A DNA stretch of 58,975 nt from an uncultured Bacillota bacterium (GCA_946407495.1 CAMJOB010000004.1:1-58975); one strand, 5' to 3'; numbered from the stretch's first letter, positions 41,076 to 48,804 are shown. The notes: a model not told the origin generated them from the sequence alone. Translations and numbers: made by a program.

Positions 41076-41410
41076 AACCCTCGTCTTACTAAAATATCAT
41101 CGAAATTTGTACACGCTTTTCAATTTTTAAAAGTTTTCTTCTTTAGGCTGACTGAATGTCAGCTCCACCAATTAGTTTTGTGAAAACTAATAAAACTTTG
41201 CTCATTTAATTACTGCCGATGCCAGCGATGAATACTATTTCTGTTCCTCGGTAAGTATTCTGTGTTTCCCGGGTATCATACTTAATTTAATTAAGCAGCG
41301 ATACGGAAGATTGTTACATCATTTCCATTTAAATTGTTTGTTGTCTTTCCAACTGTCTTTGCGTGATTTCTTTGCTTCTCTTAGCAATCAAAACCAAATA
41401 CCCCCAAATT

Positions 41411-41485
41411 AAGACGCAAGAATGGATTCGAACCATCGTCGGGAACATTACCTGTCACCATAGCCACTTGGTCATCATGCGTCTT
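41411..41485 (-). ncRNA. Atypical tRNA-like RNA upstream of tmRNA
   Basis: Terminal stem AAGACGCA/UGCGUCUU, canonical T arm, GG D-loop, shrunken anticodon arm. Confidence 0.6.
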
Positions 41486-41608
41486 TTATTGAAAATTATT
41501 TAATGTTTCCCAATCACCAGAAAGATAAACATAATATAATTTAGGAGAAAATAAATGTCGAAATTTCTCGTTTTGAATAAGTTCTTCTTTTGCTTGTTTA
41601 AAAGTCAT
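41486..41608 (-). CDS. Short Tad2/DUF2829-like remnant
   Basis: MTFKQAKEEL...LSGDWE. Confidence 0.4.
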   Translation of the reverse strand: MTFKQAKEELIQNEKFRHLFSPKLYYVYLSGDWETLNNFQ

Positions 41609-41615
41609 AATATAA

Positions 41616-41825
41616 TTATTTATATTCTTCCCAATCATCAGCAAGATAATCAGCAGAACAAAAACATGGAAATTCAAGTTTTTCTTGATTTTTAAAGTTT
41701 AAATATCTCATAATGAACATACCATTTTGAATATATATGTATATATCAGGAGAATTTTCTTTCCAAGATGAACGATGCATTTTCTTGCCTTGCTTGAGTT
41801 CTTCTATTGCTTGTCCAAAGGTCAT
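41616..41825 (-). CDS. Tad2/DUF2829-like anti-defence sponge
   Basis: MTFGQAIEELKQGKKMHRSSW...DYLADDWE. Confidence 0.8.
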   Translation of the reverse strand: MTFGQAIEELKQGKKMHRSSWKENSPDIYIYIQNGMFIMRYLNFKNQEKLEFPCFCSADYLADDWEEYK

Positions 41826-41829
41826 AATA

Positions 41830-42060
41830 TTAGTCTATAAAATCGTTATTTACTATTTCAAGAACTTGATCAATAAATTGATCAATCATATCGTCTCTGT
41901 AAAAACAATCAATTCCATAATTAAATTGAGATATGCGTGCAGCATTTTTGAAAAGCTCTGGATGCATATCTACATAATTAAAAACTGCTTGTCCTTTTCT
42001 GTAGCAAGGATTCTCTTTTCTGAGTATTCCTGCTCCTCTTAATATATCTTCTTTAGTCAT
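41830..42060 (-). CDS. Hypothetical phage protein
   Basis: RKGQAVFN..DCFY motif. Confidence 0.7.
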   Translation of the reverse strand: MTKEDILRGAGILRKENPCYRKGQAVFNYVDMHPELFKNAARISQFNYGIDCFYRDDMIDQFIDQVLEIVNNDFID

Positions 42061-42138
42061 AATAAAACAATAAAAACCCCAACAACCTTATTAAAAGATC
42101 ATTGGGGAAAAATATATGCAAAATGAAAAAAACAAAAG

Positions 42139-42212
42139 TGGACGATGAGGGATTTGAACCCTAAACTCCTCCTTGCAAAGGAGGTGTGTTAGCCAGTTAC
42201 ACCACAAAGCCC
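42139..42212 (-). tRNA. tRNA-Ala(UGC), 8/4-like acceptor/T fold
   Basis: Loop UUUGCAA; G3.U70; A73. Confidence 0.8.
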
Positions 42213-42424
42213 AAATGTGTGATTTAAAGGAATCACACAACCTTTTTATATATAATTATAGATAAAAAATAAAGTTTATTGCCTAAAATCAATTTACCCT
42301 TATTGGTTTTAATTATGAAGAAGTATATATCCTATCATCTTTTCAAACTACTAATATTTTGGGTATTAAATATTTTCGTTGGTAATAAACTTGTACGCCT
42401 TTATACTCCGAGAGAAGGCTAACT

Positions 42425-42868
42425 CTAACCAATACGATGGTTTCCAGACCTTTTACACTGTATTGTGTGTCTGTGGTTACGATTCACTTTGTGACTACTC
42501 AAAATTTTAATTTTAACCTGTTTTAAACAAATTCGTTTACTATCTTTTGGATGAATAAGTATATCAACTCGATGATGAAATCTTTTATTCATTACATCAC
42601 GAACTTCATATACTCCAAAGCCTTCAATCCAAATTAATTTCGGTTGATTTTTTGGAAACATCCATAAGAGATCTCTACTTATAGCACACCATTTAATTTT
42701 GTTATGTTTTAAATGATGTAAATTTATTTTACTACCATCTGCAGTTATTAGTGGATCATTATTACATTGTTCCACTACAGGTTGGTAATATGTAAGAGTT
42801 ACATGAGTAACTTGTGCATATACTCCTATGCTTAATAAGAGCATTAATAATAAAATAAGTTTTTTCAT
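42425..42868 (-). CDS. 3D-domain cell-wall protein with signal peptide
   Basis: TYY..TADG..CAISRD..GVYEVRD..VDIL (three-Asp pattern). Confidence 0.75.
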   Translation of the reverse strand: MKKLILLLMLLLSIGVYAQVTHVTLTYYQPVVEQCNNDPLITADGSKINLHHLKHNKIKWCAISRDLLWMFPKNQPKLIWIEGFGVYEVRDVMNKRFHHRVDILIHPKDSKRICLKQVKIKILSSHKVNRNHRHTIQCKRSGNHRIG

Positions 42869-42893
42869 AATTATCTAATATGTTATGTTATAG

Positions 42894-42966
42894 TCTAGAT
42901 AGCAGGACTCGAACCTACAACAGCGTGTCTCCAAAGCACGTCGTCTACCAATTGACGTATATCTAG
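42894..42966 (-). tRNA. tRNA-Pro(UGG)
   Basis: Cloverleaf; C1-G72; loop UUUGGAG. Confidence 0.85.
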
Positions 42967-42972
42967 TTATTG

Positions 42973-43066
42973 TGCCAAGGAGTAGATTCGAACTACCTTA
43001 CTGCGAGACCAGTACGACTATTTGTTAAAGCAGACAGCATTTACAGTGCTGCGCCGTTACCTTGGC
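42973..43066 (-). tRNA. tRNA-Tyr(GUA)-like RNA lacking a local D arm
   Basis: Acceptor GCCAAGG/CCUUGGC, A73, loop CUGUAAA, canonical T arm, enlarged variable arm. Confidence 0.75.
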
Positions 43067-43077
43067 AATTAGAAGAC

Positions 43078-43644
43078 TTATTGTAAGTCTTCTTTTGAAC
43101 CTCTTTCAGATTCTGTTTCTCTATCGCATTCTTCTAATACAAATTTAGAAAAAATGTAATCAAGAACTGTATCTTCTAAACTCTCTAATTCGTAATTAAT
43201 TTGAGTAATATATTCATATCTCAAATAATCCATTTCCGTTTTAGGAGTATCCGAATATTCATTATCTGGAACAAATCTAATAGTAGATAATATAAGAAGA
43301 TTTTCAATAATTCTATTTATATCTTCATCATAAGAATTTACTATTTGTTCCATTTCATAATCATCATTAGGTCTATTTCTTTCTATTTCTCCATTTTCTT
43401 TAATCTCTTTTACTAAAGAAAGGAGATAATTTTCTTCTATATCAGTTGCTAAAAGTTTAACTCTACAGAAAATATCAGTATAATTAGTTTCAATCTTATT
43501 TTCATAATAAGCCTTAATCATACTTACTTTCAATAGAATTTTATCTTTATCTGAAGATGTATATTTAAATTTAAGTTCTCTTAAAGCATCTTCTTTCTGA
43601 TATTTACTTTCCTTTTTTAATTTGAAATAATGATAATAACTCAT
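43078..43644 (-). CDS. Hypothetical protein
   Basis: ORF track. Confidence 0.7.
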   Translation of the reverse strand: MSYYHYFKLKKESKYQKEDALRELKFKYTSSDKDKILLKVSMIKAYYENKIETNYTDIFCRVKLLATDIEENYLLSLVKEIKENGEIERNRPNDDYEMEQIVNSYDEDINRIIENLLILSTIRFVPDNEYSDTPKTEMDYLRYEYITQINYELESLEDTVLDYIFSKFVLEECDRETESERGSKEDLQ

Positions 43645-43660
43645 AGTATTGAATTTTTAG

Positions 43661-43734
43661 TGACTCTGGTAAGACTCGAACTTACAACTTCTTGTTTCGT
43701 AGACAAGTGCTCTGATCCATTGAACTACAGAGCC
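43661..43734 (-). tRNA. tRNA-Arg(ACG)
   Basis: Cloverleaf; loop CUACGAA. Confidence 0.92.
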
Positions 43735-43739
43735 ATTTG

Positions 43740-43847
43740 TAGATGCAATAGGATTCGAACCTATGTTTATTACTATCGTCATGGGTGTAAAGTTCCCCAT
43801 CGCACAACTCAGATAGTCAGTTCCCAAAGAACTCGTTACACGCATCT
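43740..43847 (-). ncRNA. tRNA-like RNA with elongated anticodon-arm domain
   Basis: Acceptor AGAUGCG/UGCAUCU; T arm AUAGG-UUCGAAU-CCUAU; ACUAUC/GAUAGU + AUGGG/CCCAU arm. Confidence 0.7.
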
Positions 43848-43852
43848 ATTTG

Positions 43853-43929
43853 TGGAGGCACTGGGAGTTGAACCACAGGCCTAGGGTTTTTCAGACCCTC
43901 GCGCAAACAACCACCTACGCTATACCTCC
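43853..43929 (-). tRNA. tRNA-Phe(GAA)
   Basis: Cloverleaf; loop CUGAAAA. Confidence 0.88.
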
Positions 43930-43934
43930 AAATA

Positions 43935-44011
43935 CAAAACGCTTTAATTAGTTCATTGAAATTTAGGAAATTTTTTCAGAGTTAATTACATTTATTTGCT
44001 GTAAGCGTTTT
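43935..44011 (-). ncRNA. YACAGCAAA element 1
   Basis: AAAACGCU-UACAGCAAA...AGCGUUUU-G. Confidence 0.8.
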
Positions 44012-44041
44012 TAATTTAACTATGGTAAATTTAAAAATAAG

Positions 44042-44130
44042 AGGAGGATGTGGGATTCAAACCCACGAGCCATCTTACGACGACTTCCAGATTAGTAGTC
44101 TGGTGCTTTAAATCACTCAGCCAACCCTCC
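44042..44130 (-). tRNA. tRNA-Ser(ACU)
   Basis: Class II cloverleaf; loop CUACUAA. Confidence 0.85.
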
Positions 44131-44134
44131 ATTA

Positions 44135-44200
44135 CAGAATACTTTTATAAAGCATCTTCCCCTTAAAAATGTATTTTACAAAATTTGCTGTAAGTATTCT
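44135..44200 (-). ncRNA. YACAGCAAA element 2
   Basis: AGAAUACU-UACAGCAAA...AGUAUUCU-G. Confidence 0.8.
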
Positions 44201-44234
44201 TTTAAAAAATTATAGACGGGATAATATCCCAATG

Positions 44235-44309
44235 TGTGTCGCAACGGATTCGAACCGATATCTCAGTGATTCACAGTCACCGCCTTTAGCCAATTAAGTT
44301 AACGACACC
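44235..44309 (-). tRNA. tRNA-His(GUG)
   Basis: Encoded G-1; loop CUGUGAA. Confidence 0.88.
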
Positions 44310-44312
44310 ATG

Positions 44313-44519
44313 TTAATCAAATATTGGATTAGATGATATTTCTTTAGAATGTCTGCATCCTGGGCAACTATCTCCATTATTATAAGTACAATAGCCAGGA
44401 TATACATCTGATTTTTCACAACCGCAATTACAAACAGAATGATGTACTTGTGAACCGATCATCAAATCTTCAGATTCCGATATTATTAATTGTATTTCGG
44501 GTTTAATGTATTTAGTCAT
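44313..44519 (-). CDS. Cys-rich peptide with YxKP leader
   Basis: MTKYIKPEIQLIISESEDLMIGS followed by a six-Cys core. Confidence 0.7.
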   Translation of the reverse strand: MTKYIKPEIQLIISESEDLMIGSQVHHSVCNCGCEKSDVYPGYCTYNNGDSCPGCRHSKEISSNPIFD

Positions 44520-44686
44520 ATAAATAGTTATTTAATAAAACAATTTCTTGTTTAAGAGAATCATTTTGTTGTTGAAGTGTTTCAATATGTTGCTCAATAT
44601 TATTATAAAAAATATTCATTATAATTAAAACACAAGCTGTAGCAATTATAATCATTACTAATAATCCATTAAAATTACTTTTCATA

Positions 44687-44854
44687 TTAATAACTTCTTA
44701 ATAATTTGTAATTAATTTTAGAATGGTCACATTTAGAGTTATACATCATTATTAATGTATCTTCTCTTTTTTGATATTCACTTGTTATACGACTAATATA
44801 TCCAATTAATCCTAATATAGTGAAAATTAATATTGCAATAATTAAATTTTTCAT
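44687..44854 (-). CDS. Small TM protein
   Basis: Probable start MKNLII. Confidence 0.55.
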   Translation of the reverse strand: MKNLIIAILIFTILGLIGYISRITSEYQKREDTLIMMYNSKCDHSKINYKLLRSY

Positions 44855-44855
44855 T

Positions 44856-45131
44856 TTACTTGTTATTTTTATATTCATCAATAAAAATATTAGCTTGGTT
44901 TCTTAATAAAACTGAAGCCATTTTAAGTCGATCATTTGTAACAAGATAAGAACTAAAATCAGCATCAAGAATATAAGGAACATATTCTTTAACGAAATAG
45001 TCCTTCCATTTCCACCATAAAAACTTATGAGTTTCCTCATAAACATTAACAGTAACAGTTAAATCACAACATTCTCCTGGAATACAACACTCTTTAACTG
45101 TTAAAGAAAAAGTTTTAATAATTTTTTCCAT
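44856..45131 (-). CDS. Hypothetical protein
   Basis: ORF track. Confidence 0.6.
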   Translation of the reverse strand: MEKIIKTFSLTVKECCIPGECCDLTVTVNVYEETHKFLWWKWKDYFVKEYVPYILDADFSSYLVTNDRLKMASVLLRNQANIFIDEYKNNK

Positions 45132-45152
45132 ATTTGCTTATTTTTTAATTAG

Positions 45153-45244
45153 AGGAAGGTGTGGGACTCCAACCCACACACCGCTGTAACACGATTACTG
45201 AGAATTTTCAAGATTCTTGCCTTAGCAATTAGGCTTAACCTTCC
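45153..45244 (-). tRNA. tRNA-Ser(UGA)
   Basis: Class II cloverleaf; loop CUUGAAA. Confidence 0.88.
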
Positions 45245-45250
45245 GATTAG

Positions 45251-45324
45251 TTGGATAACTTGGATTTGAACCAAGGACTTCCACATTATCAGTGTGGTAC
45301 TCTAACCAACTGAGTTATTATCCA
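45251..45324 (-). tRNA. tRNA-Ile(GAU)
   Basis: Cloverleaf; loop CUGAUAA. Confidence 0.92.
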
Positions 45325-45329
45325 ATATA

Positions 45330-45398
45330 CAGAATACATTTGTTATAATTTCAGTCCAATTTAAATTATTTTAAAAATTAATTTGCTGTATGTATTCT
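45330..45398 (-). ncRNA. YACAGCAAA element 3
   Basis: AGAAUACA-UACAGCAAA...UGUAUUCU-G. Confidence 0.8.
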
Positions 45399-45425
45399 TT
45401 AATTATGCCTATATTGTAAAAATAG

Positions 45426-45497
45426 AGGCTCTACTCAGAATCGAACTGAGATTTTCGGGTTACAAAGCCGAGGTAATAACCATTATACTAAAGAGCC
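45426..45497 (-). tRNA. tRNA-Thr(UGU)
   Basis: Cloverleaf; loop UUUGUAA. Confidence 0.88.
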
Positions 45498-45648
45498 AAG
45501 TAAATCCTGTTTTAAACCTCATTATTAACAGGATTTCTTACACTTTCGTGCGTTTACTTAATATAGGATAAGTAAATCCTATCTCCGTTTCTTGTTGTAA
45601 CCGAGATTTAAAAGTCAATGTGGTTTGGCTCCACATCAGCCGAGGTTG

Positions 45649-45721
45649 TAGAGGCGTTGGGATTCGAACCCAAATGAACAGATCGAAAATCTGTAATCCT
45701 AAACCCTTAGATGACGTCTCC
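45649..45721 (-). tRNA. tRNA-Glu(UUC)
   Basis: Cloverleaf; loop UUUUCGA. Confidence 0.88.
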
Positions 45722-45733
45722 AAATTTGTAAAT

Positions 45734-45764
45734 CAAATTTACACAAAAGATTTTAATTTACAAA
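45734..45764 (-). promoter_or_regulatory. Bacteroidota sigma-A type promoter
   Basis: TTTG-N19-TAAATTTG just upstream of tRNA-Glu. Confidence 0.7.
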
Positions 45765-46067
45765 ATATTTTAACAAATTTTAAATATAGTAAATAGTGAA
45801 CATTCTACTTCTCTTTTTTGGCGGGCGGTGCGCTTATCACTAATTATCACACACTCCACATACATAGAATATCGTTTTACTATATTATATTAAACAAAGT
45901 CCGTTCTCTTCTTTCCCTAAGTCTAAACGATGGCTAATGTCACCAAAACTCCATTAATAGGGTTACCTGGTTGCTGTTTATTCTATCAACTTATTTGAAC
46001 TATTATTCGCATCGAATGCCTTGAATTACTCCAAGTAACGGCTGCGCCTGTAATACTTTGTTTATTG

Positions 46068-46798
46068 TACCCTTACCAAGAATCGAACTTGGATCAATAG
46101 TTTAGCCTGCCACTCTATGTTACCATAGCCAAATAACTCTTGGATTCTAACCAAGAAACCGCCATTACCTCAAGCATCACAACCATGCTTTCGACTTTGC
46201 ATTACTGCTTTCAGATAGTTTACATATAGGTTGCTCTACTATCATCAGTTATTTGTTGTGGTCTGGAACATATTATAACCATATTGAAATTCTCGCGCAA
46301 GTAGTGTCTGTTTCAGTGATAGCAGTTCATGTAAGCCTGCTTATTTGACCGTCCCACAATTTCAACTTAGGCTGTACCTCTATGTTCTCTACACGTTTAT
46401 GAGAATAAACAATATTTACGAATTGCCACCAATAAATATTGTACAATGGAAATCAAGGAGTCTACAAGGAGGCAATTGCTTCTGCTTGTACTTTCTTTTC
46501 ATTCTATTCTCAACTTAGCTCGGTATAATCCTATTCCATTATTGTTTAGGAAAATCTTCTAACAGCACTCCTATGGAATTACCCAATGGTCTGTCGCCTT
46601 TATCATTTCAAAAGAGGGTTGAACATTTAGTCTTTCTCTTTTATAGATAGTAAGACTCAAGGTTACTGGTTTAAGATTCATACTTCTAACCTTTTTTCTG
46701 AAGGACTTCCACCGAATTAGGATACTTCTACTATGGGATTTCTCGCCATAGCACTCCTTATTTGAAGACTACTGCTCTATCCATTGAGCTATAAGGGC
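46068..46798 (-). tRNA. tRNA-Arg(UCU); exons 46765-46798 and 46068-46105
   Basis: Joined exons give a cloverleaf with loop CUU|CUAA. Confidence 0.9.
46106..46764 (-). mobile_element. Group I intron in the tRNA-Arg anticodon (659 nt, no ORF)
   Basis: Follows U34 and ends in G; P1 with AAGG; R GUAGAGAACAU pairs with S AUAUGUUCC; P9 CUAUG-GUAA-CAUAG. Confidence 0.85.
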
Positions 46799-46804
46799 AT
46801 CATT

Positions 46805-46867
46805 CAGAATACGTTTTTTAATTTAAACTACTTTTAATTATATTAATAAATTTGCTGTATGTATTCT
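46805..46867 (-). ncRNA. YACAGCAAA element 4
   Basis: AGAAUACA-UACAGCAAA...CGUAUUCU-G. Confidence 0.8.
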
Positions 46868-46894
46868 TTCAGTTATCCCATGTAAAACTATTTG

Positions 46895-47125
46895 TTATCC
46901 TTTTAACCTATTGAGATGATTTTTAGTTCGCTCAATTTCCTCAGAAAGACGCTTACACTCTTCAGCATAAGTTCTTCCAGGATGGAAATGAGGTTTACCG
47001 TTTCTTGTACTTGTCCAAGACTCCTTATCCTTTTTAGCAGCCTTAAACGTTTCGTAAGAGGCTTCAAGCCTAGTCAATGCGCTTCTAAGGCGAGCGCTAA
47101 GTCCACCTTTCTTACTTTTTCCCAT
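46895..47125 (-). CDS. Small basic protein
   Basis: ORF track. Confidence 0.65.
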   Translation of the reverse strand: MGKSKKGGLSARLRSALTRLEASYETFKAAKKDKESWTSTRNGKPHFHPGRTYAEECKRLSEEIERTKNHLNRLKG

Positions 47126-47142
47126 GATTTAATTGTTTAAAA

Positions 47143-47358
47143 TTATTTTTTCCAGTTATACCAACTTATAATAGATAATACTGTATAAAATACAAACATT
47201 ACTATTTGGCTCCAATTTGGAATAGTCATAAAATTAACTATAATCCAAAGTATATTTGCAATTATCCATAAAGGAAATACCCAAATAATTTTTCTAATTA
47301 AAAGTATATTTCCTAAAATAGAAAATGACATTGCAATAAATGATAAAGTATCAATCAT
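47143..47358 (-). CDS. Three-TM PnuC-like (nicotinamide riboside transporter half) protein
   Basis: GNILLIRKIIWVFPLWIIANILW...WYNWKK resembles the PnuC repeat. Confidence 0.6.
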   Translation of the reverse strand: MIDTLSFIAMSFSILGNILLIRKIIWVFPLWIIANILWIIVNFMTIPNWSQIVMFVFYTVLSIISWYNWKK

Positions 47359-47527
47359 CGTCAACAACACTAATAAAAGTATATGCAATTCCTATAAATA
47401 AAATTGCATACAATATGAGTTCTAAAAGTTTAGTCATAATTAATTAAAAATAACAGAAAGCCAATTAAGTTGACTTTTTGTTAAATTATCGTACCATTCT
47501 TCAAAGTCTTTATCAGGGTTTACAAAT

Positions 47528-48607
47528 TTAAACCATATCTTCAGTTTGTTTTTTAAAGTCAGATCGTTTAACAAATAAATAGAATTTTCCATATCCCATA
47601 TTAATTCGAGCTTCAGGAGAAAGTGTTTCAAGTGCTTTATTACATAATGTTAATTGTTCTCTCCAATCATTAACGTAATCAGATTCTGGATATTTTTCAA
47701 GATGTTCATTAAGATCTTGTATTGTTTCCTTAGTCTTTATAACTTCTGGATTTGTTGTAGTTATCCAATAATCTTGACCATTTAATTTCCTGGAAATAAA
47801 TGAATTTACAGGAATCCAATTTTCTGCTAAATGAGCACGTTTCTTATGTTCATAATCACTTCTCTCTAAAGATGATTTATATTTTTCATATGGAACTGTT
47901 ATATACTTGTGTTTACTATAATCATAATGAGATTCTTTATAATTAAAATATTCTCTATAATAATAAGAACTACAAGTATATAATGGTAATTTTAAAACTT
48001 TCTGATTAACAACAACCCAAAATGTTCCAAGTAAAATTGGATTTGTTTTGGTATGATGTAAATAAGTATCATTTATATAATTACCCCAATTATCCTTTTT
48101 ATGTGCATAACGAGGATCACTTATACATATTCCTAAATTAGGTAATTTAACTCTTTCATTAAATCGTTTTTGTTTTCTATCTAATGTAGGATATGCACGA
48201 TTACGATATGAAAGTTTTTTACATTTATGGATAATATTGTTTTTATCAATATAAAACTTTTGTTTCCAACAATAAGCCTCTTTTATTTCATCGTAAAATA
48301 AATAATCCTCTAATCTACACCATTCAAGATTATATTTTTTAAGATTTTTTAATCGGTTATCAAATTCTTGTTTAAAATCATAATATGATTTTCCAACAAA
48401 CTTATTTAATAAACCAATTATATATTTAGAATGAAGAGCTGCACCACCACGATCATGCCATTCTCTTTTATAATGTTGTCTCATACCAAGATGTGTGCCT
48501 TCAAATGAATTCATTTGATGACGTGGAAATTGTGATCCACCTCTTTTACCATGTCTTCCTCGAAAACTATAATTTCGATACTTTGCAATCCATTTATGTT
48601 CACTCAT
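47528..48607 (-). CDS. Hypothetical protein
   Basis: 359-aa ORF. Confidence 0.7.
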   Translation of the reverse strand: MSEHKWIAKYRNYSFRGRHGKRGGSQFPRHQMNSFEGTHLGMRQHYKREWHDRGGAALHSKYIIGLLNKFVGKSYYDFKQEFDNRLKNLKKYNLEWCRLEDYLFYDEIKEAYCWKQKFYIDKNNIIHKCKKLSYRNRAYPTLDRKQKRFNERVKLPNLGICISDPRYAHKKDNWGNYINDTYLHHTKTNPILLGTFWVVVNQKVLKLPLYTCSSYYYREYFNYKESHYDYSKHKYITVPYEKYKSSLERSDYEHKKRAHLAENWIPVNSFISRKLNGQDYWITTTNPEVIKTKETIQDLNEHLEKYPESDYVNDWREQLTLCNKALETLSPEARINMGYGKFYLFVKRSDFKKQTEDMV

Positions 48608-48630
48608 AATTTATTGAATTTAAATTGAGA

Positions 48631-48729
48631 ATAAACTGTGTGCTATTTCAAATTCTATACACCAAACCTACAAACAAAAATGTGTGGTAGGTTTCCAAAC
48701 AGGATTCTAACCTGGATTCCTTAGTTTAT
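48631..48729 (-). ncRNA. Circularly permuted tRNA-like RNA
   Basis: AUAAACU/AGUUUAU closing stem; T-like CAGG-UUAGAAU-CCUG; AAACCUAC/GUAGGUUU; D-like GUGU..GCAC. Confidence 0.55.
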
Positions 48730-48731
48730 TG

Positions 48732-48804
48732 TCTAGATAGTAAGACTCGAACTTACAACCCCATCATCCCAAATGACGAATTCTACCTATTGAACTATAC
48801 CTAG
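48732..48804 (-). tRNA. tRNA-Pro(UGG), second copy
   Basis: Cloverleaf; loop UUUGGGA. Confidence 0.9.

Larger units (their letters stand above)
40190..41405 (-). ncRNA. ssrA: tmRNA; exons 41076-41405 and 40190-40207; tag (A)GNDVTIFRIAA* at 41291-41326
   Basis: Acceptor GGGGGUA/UACCUCC with G3.U70 and A73; T arm GAGGG-UU|CGACU-CCCUC; tag ending AA-stop. Confidence 0.92.

Noticed and set aside
43785-43800. Ochre suppressor anticodon (CU-UUA-CA) in the tRNA-like RNA
   Set aside because: The loop is not 7 nt and the arm is too long for decoding; TAA is the dominant stop
43630-43884. ORFs 43630-43884(+) and 43657-43845(-)
   Set aside because: They overlap tRNA and tRNA-like genes
45383-45723. 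ORFs 45383-45571(+) and 45538-45723(-)
   Set aside because: They overlap tRNA-Thr, tRNA-Glu and structured RNA
46180-46250. Hammerhead ribozyme in the tRNA-Arg intron (CUGAUGA...GAAA)
   Set aside because: The GA of the core is taken up in a stem and stems I/III with a cleavage triplet could not be built
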